A stretch of DNA of 64,000 nt from Trypanosoma brucei (taxonomy: Eukaryota): the NCBI GenBank assembly GCA_000002445.1, contig CM000208.1, positions 1,824,001 to 1,888,000 of the forward strand, in the 5' to 3' direction. The position numbers and the translations under genes were made by a program. A model generated the notes under the pieces. The model saw only the letters and a list, made by a program, of their open reading frames with translations. It searched no databases and was not told where the DNA came from. This document shows positions 50,638 to 60,866 of this stretch, piece by piece; positions within the stretch are counted from its first letter, which is position 1, and each line of letters starts with the position of its first letter.

Positions 50638-53600
50638 TTATACAGGAGGGTGCGCTCCGTCCTGTCGGTTGCGACCCCTCCCATGTTCCGTTCCGTCATG
50701 GCGGCCTTTAGAACGATTTGATTTTTTTTTCCCTTCGTCTACATCGGTGACATGTGCCACAGTGACATCAAACTTGCACCGCAGCAACGTGTCGATAGTG
50801 CTGATCTGTTTTTCGCTCAACGACTCGTTCGGGCCAAGCACCTCCACCAGCTTGAACTCGTATCCGTCTGGTTGGGATGGCACTTCACGCCACAACACAA
50901 GGTCGGGAAAACTGTCAAAGTGAACACTATAACCATCTTCAGGCGGTGGAAGGTACAAACAACGGAGAAGAGCGCATAGTGCACCCTGCGGGACCGCCTG
51001 CAGGAGGTCAAATAGAGGAAACTCCTCAGGGTCCAAAAGCTGCTCGGCAGGTATAAAGGACGCAGTCGGCCCGTCTTTTTCTTGAGAGTTGGGCGACCTA
51101 ACCGGCTGGCCGAGAGGCACAAAATTTTCATCGCCCGATATGAAGTCAGCCCCAACGTCATTTGCGTGAAGGGGTTCTTTAAGGCTACTAGAGTTTGACT
51201 TCTGCTTGGAGTTATCTTCACAGGCCCCACTGTTCTCTGAAACGCACCGTTGACGCACGTAGTAGATGAGAACATCTCTGGAGCACCGCTCAAAGAACCT
51301 TAAGCTCTTTTCGATGATGTGCCGACGTCGTTGCTGGAAACTGATGCTGCTTGTTTCGAGATCTAACGGAGTTTCTTGTACTGGCGAGAGCCAAACAAAC
51401 TCCGGTACAGACCCAGTCATCGACTCATTTCCCCGGGGGAGGGCATCTGGATCAAAGTGAAACGCATCCCACAAAAGGAGTCGCCCCAGATAGTTAACCC
51501 AACGCCCTTTGCAGTGCAAACCCGTCCACGACGAAGGTCGACACGTACCGTCGCCACTCTCATGTACCTTCGGCAGCCCAAACCATCGGAGCACACACTT
51601 CTCCGCACTGAAACAGCCAGTTGAAGGCTTGGTATCGCCCCAAAACGTGGCATCTGAATGGTCCTTATCCCCAGGGATTGTTGTCTCGGGCGCCGAAAGC
51701 ATGTGGGCTGTGAAACTCGAGAGGTTGGGCGACGTTGGGGTCCAGCGGCGCAAAAAACTTTGCAGCGACAGAAGTGTCCTCTCTATCGCAATGCGATCAG
51801 ACCGCCGGTAGAAGTGAAGTCGGTGATGCTCACCGACAGCGTTGTAAAGAGCCACAGCCTTTTGGGACCCACTGTTTCGGCCCCTCCCCACACGGAACAG
51901 TGCGCAAAGAAGGCGAGCGCGACGCTGAATAGATACAGGAAGCTCTTCTGCGCGTTCCATGCGTAGATACCGTTGGGGAGAATCTTGTTCCCTCCAGGCG
52001 CTCTGTCGCTTTTCAAGCAATTGAAACGCACCCTCCTTGTCACCCAAGTGTGCATGACCCTGTGCAAGGAGATTCCACCACTTACCCCGCTTCTCGTAGC
52101 GGTAGTACATGGGAAAGGTTGGTGTTCCGAAACTCGTACTGACGACGTAAACAGGTTCGTCAAGTAGTTTCCGCAGCCACATGTTTACCAGGTCCCACCT
52201 CTTGTGGGCCTGCAGTAAAGGAACTAAAAGCTCAGCACACGCAAACCAGCGGTATTTAGGAAGGAAATGAAGAAGATGCTCATAGAGCAAACCACCATGG
52301 TGCAGTAGCTCCTCCACAGACAGGGCACAACCATCACTCACATCGGCACTGGTTGTCACTGAGTACGTCCTCTTCCGTCGCGCAGTCTCGTCGGCGCAGT
52401 CATCGGCAGTTAACGGCCTGCTGTCCAATAACGCGAGCTTTTTCTCAATAGTGCTGTGATATTCCAACACAATATCAGCGCTGCACTGTTTCAGGGTTTT
52501 GGCGTGTCGAAGTTCACACAAGCGTTGGCACAGTTCTATTGCCTCCCTGAAGCTTACCAAAGCCTTTGGGGAAGAAGCAAGAAGTGGCACAACACCTCCA
52601 GAGGACTCACCCCCCACTATTCTACACGCTTGAGGCCACAACATCCAGGGGCCGCGCAAGTCAGAACTCTGGCGCAACATCAACTTCGATACGATCTTCA
52701 GGATGGTGGTGTCAGAGGACCTGCACCCCGCTGGAGCTGAACCCGGGTATTTGCATATATCATCACGAATGCTTGGGGCCGTTACTTCGTGGATTAATTC
52801 ACTAATCTTTAGTATGCTATCTCTGAACAATTGATGAACACAACATATCGGACCAACGGTTCTATCCCACGCACTAGCAAGCTGTCCTTCTTCATCGGAA
52901 ACTGATAAAATCCTATCGATCAAATCTTCCTTCTCCGGAAGCAGACGGGACGAGCAACCCTTAGCGTTCCATGAACTCCGCCCCGCTGTTTGGACGCCCG
53001 TTATTGACTCTCCACCGTACGAATGGTTTCCTGCTAAAGTGTAATGCACAGCACTGTGGTTGTGAGAAGGGGGTCCATCCTCATATCGCACACATCGGTC
53101 AAGTTGCTGCAGCTCATGAACCCTCGCCGTCCGCAAAATCTCTCTGATCTCTTCCCTGCACCCTAACGGAGGCCGAAAGATCGCCTTACCATCCAACACC
53201 CTGACAAGTTGTTCTCCCTCACTCCGTGTATCGCTAATAACGTACTTCGCTATTGGGGTTATGTTCAACTCCTCCAGGGCAGAAGCTACGCGAATAAAAC
53301 AGCTATATTGTGTTTCGATGCATCGCACTCGAAGCCACTTGGCATCGCGCAGAGCCATGCGAAGAAGAAGTTCAAATGCCTCAATTCCGTCAGCAGCCTC
53401 TTCCGATCGACACAGGTTGTTTAGAGACAGAGTTATAAGCCCGCGCAACGACAATAAATCTGAGGAATCAATCGCCTTTTCGTAATACTGAAGTACATAC
53501 CAAGCGCTAACGTGAAACGCTTCAACCATCGGTAGCGACAAAGCCCGCTCCAAGTCACGAGAGGAAGGGCAGACGTCACCTGTCATTGTGTCACGCGGAT

Positions 53601-53658
53601 GTGTATCACCGGCCTCTTCGAGGAGGGTCACCACCCGAATACAGAACTGCCCCTCCAA
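50638..53658 (-). CDS. FAN1: FAN1-like structure-specific nuclease with C-terminal VRR-NUC domain
   Basis: 1006 aa. C-terminus SFPDLVLWREVPSQPDGYEFKLVEVLGPNESLSEKQISTIDTLLRCKFDVTVAHV matches the FAN1 VRR-NUC core (GLPDLVVW...FKLVEVKGPNDRLSHKQ...V.V.HV). Overall length is similar to human FAN1. N-terminal domain assignments were not made. Confidence 0.7.
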   Translation of the reverse strand: MEGQFCIRVVTLLEEAGDTHPRDTMTGDVCPSSRDLERALSLPMVEAFHVSAWYVLQYYEKAIDSSDLLSLRGLITLSLNNLCRSEEAADGIEAFELLLRMALRDAKWLRVRCIETQYSCFIRVASALEELNITPIAKYVISDTRSEGEQLVRVLDGKAIFRPPLGCREEIREILRTARVHELQQLDRCVRYEDGPPSHNHSAVHYTLAGNHSYGGESITGVQTAGRSSWNAKGCSSRLLPEKEDLIDRILSVSDEEGQLASAWDRTVGPICCVHQLFRDSILKISELIHEVTAPSIRDDICKYPGSAPAGCRSSDTTILKIVSKLMLRQSSDLRGPWMLWPQACRIVGGESSGGVVPLLASSPKALVSFREAIELCQRLCELRHAKTLKQCSADIVLEYHSTIEKKLALLDSRPLTADDCADETARRKRTYSVTTSADVSDGCALSVEELLHHGGLLYEHLLHFLPKYRWFACAELLVPLLQAHKRWDLVNMWLRKLLDEPVYVVSTSFGTPTFPMYYRYEKRGKWWNLLAQGHAHLGDKEGAFQLLEKRQSAWREQDSPQRYLRMERAEELPVSIQRRARLLCALFRVGRGRNSGSQKAVALYNAVGEHHRLHFYRRSDRIAIERTLLSLQSFLRRWTPTSPNLSSFTAHMLSAPETTIPGDKDHSDATFWGDTKPSTGCFSAEKCVLRWFGLPKVHESGDGTCRPSSWTGLHCKGRWVNYLGRLLLWDAFHFDPDALPRGNESMTGSVPEFVWLSPVQETPLDLETSSISFQQRRRHIIEKSLRFFERCSRDVLIYYVRQRCVSENSGACEDNSKQKSNSSSLKEPLHANDVGADFISGDENFVPLGQPVRSPNSQEKDGPTASFIPAEQLLDPEEFPLFDLLQAVPQGALCALLRCLYLPPPEDGYSVHFDSFPDLVLWREVPSQPDGYEFKLVEVLGPNESLSEKQISTIDTLLRCKFDVTVAHVTDVDEGKKKSNRSKGRHDGTEHGRGRNRQDGAHPPV

Positions 53659-54791
53659 GCGTGCAACAACCTCGTTTCACGAAGGTGCGCGCAGGCTCGA
53701 TAATGCAGCAGCGACCGAAGCCCTACTCCTTCACCGGAAGTATCGCATAGGAAAAATTAATGGTAGAAGTAATAGGGAATGTGTGAGTGAGTCTGTGTAA
53801 ACAGAAAATCTGCAGAAGCACAAAGAACAACACGATCCATACACCCCATCACGGTAGTGATACCTGACACGGAAAAATATATATGTAACAACAACCCGTG
53901 CCACCAGTCGTTTCGCAGAGACTCAACAACTGCAAAATCCCAACGACAACGATGAGGGGATAAAACAAACAATTGAGTGCAGCAATACCATGCCTAACCC
54001 CACACCGAACCTGATACAGACACACACACCTTTAACAACACCGCCATGTGGATACAGCAACCGATAGCCCGTGTGCATGCTGCTTAGCGGCGCATATACA
54101 TACGCATGCACTAAGAGGAAGTAACAGAAAAAAAAAGCAGATGGAAAGAACAGGAGCAGGTGTGTGTGGGAAACTGGTTTACCGGGAGTTAGTGGACGCC
54201 TCTCGACAACGTTAGTTCGGACCCAACTGCTGTTGTCAACATGTTTTGCCGAGTCATACGTTTTCCGTTCGCGCCAAAATGAGGCCTACAACGTGCCTTG
54301 TTGTAACAAGTGATAGAATGTCTAGCTTCGCTCGACTTTCTGTGGCCCGGGTAACGTTCTCATCACGCTACAAATGTGTGAGACGCTGGCATGAGCTCGT
54401 TTTAATAACACGCATTGTAAGGTACGGTCACACACAACAAGGACCATCCCAATGATCTCTGCCTCTACCTTTCATCAAAAGCGACAGCAGGAAAAGTTTA
54501 CGGGAACGATACGGAGACGATTGGTGTGACACCAGTGGTAATGCGTGTCAGCACTCCAGCAGCTGGCGCATACAACCATTGTCTGTCACTGAGCAACAAC
54601 GCGCCTGGGTCAATTCTACCGCCTGGCGCATAGACTAATGAGAAGCTTGAGAAAAAAAGTGTTCTTTTTGTGCAGGCGAAGACACTTGGTTGCACCTCTA
54701 TAAAAACTCAAAGATAGTGAGGACACGTAACGCTGGTGGCACAGCACTCGTCAGCTGTTGGACAGAAACCCTTGCAAAGGGGATCAGTTTT

Positions 54792-54809
54792 ACACACACA
54801 CACACACAC
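54792..54809. repeat. (AC)9 microsatellite
   Basis: Direct read: acacacacacacacacac in an intergenic interval. Confidence 0.9.
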
Positions 54810-54908
54810 GCAACCTTGAGCGCACGAATTACCGCAAAGTTAACCAGATTTCCTTATCCATGCACAATGATGAGACTTAGTCCGGCAGAGGCCCCTTGAG
54901 CGGTTTCC

Positions 54909-56579
54909 CTATCCCTGCAGTGGCGCAGCTGATTCACCTGCGACTAATGTCGGAAATGGATTCTGGCGTGACAAAACAACCACTTTATGCTCGCATGAGA
55001 TGTACCCACGAAGTAGACCAGTAGATATAAGCTTTGCCACCCACCAAGTCATTTCGCTATCTGTTAAGGCAAGACCATCGTCAATCTCGTCCTCGTTCCG
55101 TTGCCGTTTCGGCCTCCTTTCGGTCGTTTCACGTGCGGCGCTGTCTTGATCGGCTATCATTTTCCCTTCCCTTGCAATGTTTATATACATTGTAGTGAGC
55201 ACCCGCAGTGGTATCCGTGTACTGTCTTCACCACAAGCATCCATTGTGGCGTGCACCCGGGCCACTAGAATGAGAAAACAAAGCAATTTTGCACGCTGTA
55301 ATATAAAATACACGCCCCTTCTTCGCAAGATCGGTCCATACGCATCCACGGCGATGCTGAAGGCACGCGGGTCTCCCCGCTGTATAGCTTTAAGGATCGG
55401 CTGAAATATGTAGACGATGAGGTCATCACGTTGCTGGATCTCCTCTGGCGGCATGCGACCGCTGACAACCCCCGCAACGGTTAAGAAAAATCTCACGCGC
55501 TGCTTGTTACGATGCTGCACGATGTTGCCACTACCTGGTGGTGGGAGTAGTTGATAGGCCTGCTGCAACGCAGCGAATGCCTCGCGCGCCTGGTGATCGT
55601 AGAGCGCCACACGGCCCTTGTAATAGTAAAAAGTCAGCACCTCCGATGTCATGTGCTGCGCCGGCTTAAGCACTTCCCTGCCCGCGGCACCCCCGGTTTC
55701 GGTCACTCGTTCGGCCTGCACGATGGTGTTGATAAGCACTCGGCACTGATGAACGTTGTATCGACGGAACAATATGCTCAACAGCCCATTACACACCGCA
55801 AGGGCACCACGACGTCTAGAAAACTCCGGTGAGAGGCCGGGGTCCACAACCTGAAGAGACTGTAGTAGCTTCCGCCAACTTCGCACTATCCGTCCTGTTG
55901 CCTCGTCTATCACACCGGGGCTTGCGTCGCGAGCGGCACACGGAATGCGATGGACAAAGTGAAGAAGTAAAAGGGTGTCCCAGCCAACGGTGCCAACGGT
56001 GGTGTTGCTTTGTCGATGCTGATAGTTGGTCCGCCGCATCGAGTGAACCTCCTGGAACACTTCGAAAACGTGCAAAAGTCCAAGAGCAAAGCGGTCCTTT
56101 GTCAACTGTGTTATCCACTGCTTCCGCTCTTGCCTATCATCGCCGCCCTTCGAGTCGTCTGCATCTTTTATGGAGTACGACTCCGTGTAATACTTTACTA
56201 GTGCGCCGGTGATTGCGACCCGAAGCACCACCTCAACAAATAATTGCCGCTCCTTCACGTCATCAGCATGGCCGCTGGGTGGCACTCGTGTCTCCCCAAC
56301 TGCTTGTTCAACGCTGTCTAACAAACGCTGTCGCAGTTGATCGATGGCAGGCTCAATGCCACTATGTTCTGGCATATCTCGAATAGTCAGTGCTTCACCC
56401 ATTTCCGCATGCACAACAAAATCCGTCAGCAACATACCGTTGCGTGACGCGATCCCCTCCGCTGCGCGTTGCATCCACCGTGGTGACACCTCAAACAGTG
56501 GTGACTGTTGCGCACCCTTCTTTGCCGGCATGACTTCACCTAAAGACACAGATATAGGCAGTATGCGTTTTTTTTCCAT
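54909..56579 (-). CDS. PCI-domain protein, PCID2 / Thp1 / CSN12-like
   Basis: 556 aa helical protein. C-terminal winged-helix tail ...LLRGYISCEHKVVVLSRQNPFPTL matches the characteristic CSN12/PCID2 ending (GYISH..K.VVSK.NPFP). Assignment from motif memory only. Confidence 0.5.
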   Translation of the reverse strand: MEKKRILPISVSLGEVMPAKKGAQQSPLFEVSPRWMQRAAEGIASRNGMLLTDFVVHAEMGEALTIRDMPEHSGIEPAIDQLRQRLLDSVEQAVGETRVPPSGHADDVKERQLFVEVVLRVAITGALVKYYTESYSIKDADDSKGGDDRQERKQWITQLTKDRFALGLLHVFEVFQEVHSMRRTNYQHRQSNTTVGTVGWDTLLLLHFVHRIPCAARDASPGVIDEATGRIVRSWRKLLQSLQVVDPGLSPEFSRRRGALAVCNGLLSILFRRYNVHQCRVLINTIVQAERVTETGGAAGREVLKPAQHMTSEVLTFYYYKGRVALYDHQAREAFAALQQAYQLLPPPGSGNIVQHRNKQRVRFFLTVAGVVSGRMPPEEIQQRDDLIVYIFQPILKAIQRGDPRAFSIAVDAYGPILRRRGVYFILQRAKLLCFLILVARVHATMDACGEDSTRIPLRVLTTMYINIAREGKMIADQDSAARETTERRPKRQRNEDEIDDGLALTDSEMTWWVAKLISTGLLRGYISCEHKVVVLSRQNPFPTLVAGESAAPLQG

Positions 56580-56754
56580 GCACTAACGCAAGCAACATGC
56601 ACATGGATAGAATAAAAGATAAAGGAAATGCGCGACACAACACAGAGGGGAGCCAGCTGTAGTATATAAAAAAAGGAACGCACGCAGGTTTTAAGAGGCG
56701 AAGCACATCAAAAGGTGGAATGAATAGCACTGATGGCCCATCTCCAAAGTGCCG

Positions 56755-57651
56755 TCACTGTTCACCCCTCTTACTCTTCTGCAGCACAACGCACCAGTTT
56801 TCCTTGTCGAAATACGACTCCCGCACAACACCACCCGCTTCCTCCACAAGGCGTTCCAATTCACCTTCTCCAAAGAGGTGATAATATCGGTGGTGCACAC
56901 GTCGCTCAGGGTCGTGCGCCTCATGCATCTCCCAGCGGATAAACACGTCTGATGCACCACTCCTTGGACGCTTTTCCGGCCGTTCCTTCGCCCAGACATA
57001 GATCAAAATGAGACCGTCTGGCCGTACAAGCCTCAACAGCTCGCGAACAGCGTCGAGGCGCCGTTCGTGTGTAGCGAAATGATGAACAACCGCAATGCTA
57101 ATCGCTGCATCAAATGCTCCGTTGCGAAACGCTGTACGACGGGCATCAGCAAGAAGAAGTTCGGTGCGACCGCGAGTCCCAAGCGACCGTGAAGACGACG
57201 GCGAAGTCTCGCTTGCTTCGTGGTCCAGTTGGTTCAGTGCTAACCGGAGAAGCCTCTCACTAAAATCAACGCCGGCAACGAACCGATACGCGGGGCCTGT
57301 TTGTCCCTCTTCGTTTGCCCCGTCGTCTGGAGCATTAGAAGTTGCCGCCATAAAGTTTTGTGCGCAAGAAAAGTATTTGCCGTTCCCACAGCCAACATCT
57401 ACCACAGCGGCATATCTCGGCAGCGACTCGATAAAGGCGCGCACCCTTGGCCACGCCTTGTAGCGAGTTGCCGAGAAATGTGTTGCAATATCATCGTACA
57501 CCTGTTGCACGTGTCGACGTTCAATACCCGCGACGTCAAGTAGTTCGGTTGGCTGAACCTCTGTCACTTTATCATTGCCTAAACGTTCCCTTTCAGTAGG
57601 GGCACTCATGAAAACTTTCGGTGCTGCAACACGAGAACTCACGTATAACAC
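56755..57651 (-). CDS. TRM9: SAM-dependent methyltransferase, TRM9/ALKBH8-type tRNA (mcm5U) methyltransferase
   Basis: AAVVDVGCGNGKYF (Trm9 motif I VLDVGCGNGKY) ... AISIAVVHHFATHERRLDAVRELLRLVRPDGLILIYVWAKE (Trm9 ISVIHHLST.ERR..A..EL.R.L.PGG..LIYVWA.E). Confidence 0.8.
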   Translation of the reverse strand: MLYVSSRVAAPKVFMSAPTERERLGNDKVTEVQPTELLDVAGIERRHVQQVYDDIATHFSATRYKAWPRVRAFIESLPRYAAVVDVGCGNGKYFSCAQNFMAATSNAPDDGANEEGQTGPAYRFVAGVDFSERLLRLALNQLDHEASETSPSSSRSLGTRGRTELLLADARRTAFRNGAFDAAISIAVVHHFATHERRLDAVRELLRLVRPDGLILIYVWAKERPEKRPRSGASDVFIRWEMHEAHDPERRVHHRYYHLFGEGELERLVEEAGGVVRESYFDKENWCVVLQKSKRGEQ

Positions 57652-58448
57652 ACAAGGGGTATGGTGGAAACAGGGTGGACAAGAAATTGGAGGTTAACTG
57701 ACGACTCAAATACGTACGCTTACAACCGTGCTGTACTTGTCATATGCGCTCAAACTCGAAAGGACTCACGAAATTAGGAAAAGACAAAGGAAAGAGATCG
57801 CTATCCGCTACCGCCATCGGCCGTCACATATATGGATTCCATGTTCAGCTTGCGCTTGATATCATCGTGGCGGTACCTCCCTTTAAAACAAAAAAATATG
57901 AGATTGTTTTACGTGCCCCACTTTAGGTAGCTATTCGTGCCCGTACATCACCTTTTTCGCGTCCCTCCCTAGCCCTCCTCAGAAACAAAGGCGGAATTAG
58001 CGTTTTAAGTCATTCTCCCCTTGTTTTCTGTTTGCGCTACCCTCAACCGCGTTCCCTCCCTCGCTTATTTTTTCCTTTACCCATTTCACCACACCCTTCT
58101 CTTTCTTCCCCCCATGCACTCTACACTCACACTTTTTCCTTCTCAGCCTCTTTTGCCTTTATATTTACCTCCCAGATCGACGACGACAACACATATTCAT
58201 ATCGTGCGCCCCATGAAGAAGATCCACAATGATAATATCAAGGGAGAGGAAAAAGGGGGAATATAAACGCAAGCATCGTCTTCATTAGCTTATTGGCCTC
58301 CCACCGTGAGTTTTCGGGGCATACGTAGGGCCGGCATGCTGCAAGAATAGTAATAAAAAGGACAAAGGTTGAAAGATTCCACGCGGTACCCACTGGCACC
58401 CGTTCTCCTAGAAAATATGCATATTATTTCGTGCGCACATTACAGTCC

Positions 58449-59804
58449 CTACAGCAATAGCGAGAGTGGGTTCTCAACCGCATCCTTGAAGTGTTTGCAC
58501 CACTGAGACGCAACGGCACCATCAACCACGCGGTGGTCAAATGATGCGGTAAACCTTACAAACATCTCAGCTTCCGCGCCAACTGTGTACTTTCCTGTGT
58601 CCGGATCTAAAGACATACGCGGACGGGGTTTGGCGGAGCCAACAGCTACGATGAGCGCCTGCGGGGGATTTATAATAGCTGTGAAACCGGGGATACCGCT
58701 GGCTCCGAGGTTGGACACAGACACTGTTCCACCAATGAACTCGTGTGGCTGAAGTGTCCCCTCGCGGGCTTTTTTTGCAAGGACCTTCATCTCGTTCGAA
58801 ATGTCGACCAACCCACGTGCCTGTGCATCCTTAATTATGGGGGTGATGAGCCCTGTGGGAGTTGCGACTGCAACGCTCACGTCAACGGTGCGATACTGAC
58901 GGATAAAGTCCCCTTGCCACGAGCTGTTAGCCTCGGGAACCAGCATATTCGCCCGCGCCACTGCTTTGATGATATAATCATTAAGCGTGATTTTATACTT
59001 GCCGTCACCCTTGGAGTTGAGTTGCTGTACCAGGGCCATCATATTCTCTGCGCAGCACTCCTCGAAAAGGTAGTAATGCGGAATCTCCACGTTCTTTGAT
59101 TGTGTAAGGCGTTTGGCGATCGTTGACCGCATGTTCGTGACGGGGATGTCGGTGTAGTTCTGGGTTGATGGAGTCGTGGCTATTACTGGCACGACGGGCT
59201 TAGCGGCAGGCGCGGCGGCGGGAGCAGCGTGTTCACGCTTTGACGCTGCAGCTTCAACGTCCTTCCTCACGATTCGGCCCACCCCTCCCCCAGTGCCCTC
59301 GATGGTGTCGAGTGATACATTGAGCTCCGCCGCCGTCTTTCGGGCCAGGGGAGACGCCTTCACACGACCACCAGCCTCCTTTCCGCCGGCTGGTAGTGGC
59401 GCCACTTGTGTGGGTGAGGGAACCTCCTGCACCTTTGACTGAGTTGCCGCAGGGGAACTGCCAGCGGCCTGCCAGTTCTTAACCTCATCTGAGTTAACAC
59501 CTGACGCCTCATCCACAATAAGGCACACCGCATCGCCGACTGTGGCCTCTTCCCCAACTTGAACAAGAATACGGGCGACAAAGCCGTCCTCTGACACATT
59601 GTCGTACGAAACAACGGCTTTGTCTGTTTCAACCTTGCACCATGTATCGCCCGTTTCAACTGCGTCTCCAACCTTCTTGACCCATTCAGATATTTTTCCC
59701 TTCTCCATGGTTGGAGAGAGAGCTGGCATAGGGATCGGCGTAACTGTCAGAAAACGAGCAAAGCACACAGGAAAGATGTGTTGCGCGACGGGACGGCGGA
59801 ACAT
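58449..59804 (-). CDS. Dihydrolipoamide acetyltransferase (E2) of the pyruvate dehydrogenase complex, mitochondrial
   Basis: Single lipoyl domain (MPALSPTMEKGKISEW...KVETDKAVVSYDNVSEDGFVARILV), E3-binding domain (SPLARKTAAELNVSLDTIEGTGGGVGRIVRKDVE), catalytic domain with DHRVVDGAVASQW. Start reassigned to MFRRPVAQ (rc ATG at 59804). The track ORF extends to 60026. PDH rather than OGDH/BCKDH is based on the P.LSPTM motif. Confidence 0.85.
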   Translation of the reverse strand: MFRRPVAQHIFPVCFARFLTVTPIPMPALSPTMEKGKISEWVKKVGDAVETGDTWCKVETDKAVVSYDNVSEDGFVARILVQVGEEATVGDAVCLIVDEASGVNSDEVKNWQAAGSSPAATQSKVQEVPSPTQVAPLPAGGKEAGGRVKASPLARKTAAELNVSLDTIEGTGGGVGRIVRKDVEAAASKREHAAPAAAPAAKPVVPVIATTPSTQNYTDIPVTNMRSTIAKRLTQSKNVEIPHYYLFEECCAENMMALVQQLNSKGDGKYKITLNDYIIKAVARANMLVPEANSSWQGDFIRQYRTVDVSVAVATPTGLITPIIKDAQARGLVDISNEMKVLAKKAREGTLQPHEFIGGTVSVSNLGASGIPGFTAIINPPQALIVAVGSAKPRPRMSLDPDTGKYTVGAEAEMFVRFTASFDHRVVDGAVASQWCKHFKDAVENPLSLLL

Positions 59805-60255
59805 GTGTGTTAATTTCTTCAACCGCTTCTTCTTACTTCCGACTAGCAAACAAATCAGGAAAAAGATTATCGCACGTGAAATACGGATTTTGCTACACGA
59901 CAACCTTTTTTTTTCTGATGAACGAAGCCTTGTTGTCGCGATTGCTATTTTATGTAGCACCTCGTCAAAGAGTGATGCGGTACCACGGAACGGAACATAT
60001 GGAATGAGAAAAACCCGCTGTGTCACCGTTCACAGTAGTTGTTAAGACGGTGACTGCAACGTTCAAACCTTTTCCGCCGAAGCCCCACACACTCATTCGG
60101 ATGTCCAATCACTTACACATGCACATGGATAAGTGAAGTCGGAAATAATCATTTCTTCGCAAAAGATGAAGGCACACCTCACCACTTCATCCAACGTCAA
60201 GTTACTCACCACGGCTACAACGGCAAAACTCCAACGCAACAACGGGTAAGGAAAC

Positions 60256-60274
60256 CACACACACACACACACAA
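60256..60274. repeat. (CA)9 microsatellite
   Basis: Direct read: cacacacacacacacacac in an intergenic interval. Confidence 0.9.
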
Positions 60275-60866
60275 AATCGGAGGTTCCTCCAAAAGCAGGT
60301 GCCCCACACCAACCTTTCACAGTAGGGCTGGGGCCAGAAGACTGGCTTCGGCCAAAGTTAACACAATATTAGTAAACGAACGCACAGCATGCGCTGCTGG
60401 AACCCCGGGGGAGGCACGAGGGGGAGATTCTTTACGCTGTCCTTACGCACGATGCCCTTTACGTCAACTGGAAACAAAAACACTCCCCACAGATACTGAC
60501 TGTATTACTGGGCTGATAGTGGACCACCATGGCGACTTTACCGCATTCACATGTACAGGTGTGCGTGGCGTTGAGCAGTCGTAAGCGGAAAGCGGAAATT
60601 TCATGGAGCTAAGGTGAAAAGTTCAGTAGCTGGCATACCACCAGCCGTCACTCACATAACACTCCATCAAATCAACTGCATCCAATAAGACAGCTCTTGC
60701 TGCTTTTGCACCCCTTTATCGTCTTTCCTTCGTTCATTTTTGGGGGGAGATGTATCGATATTACACCCCATTCACACCGTTTTAGCCCACCTACCTCTTC
60801 CCCCATCGTCACCACAACGGAAAACACACCAACACTTCTGAATGCCCCAGCACCGCAGCGCTAGAG

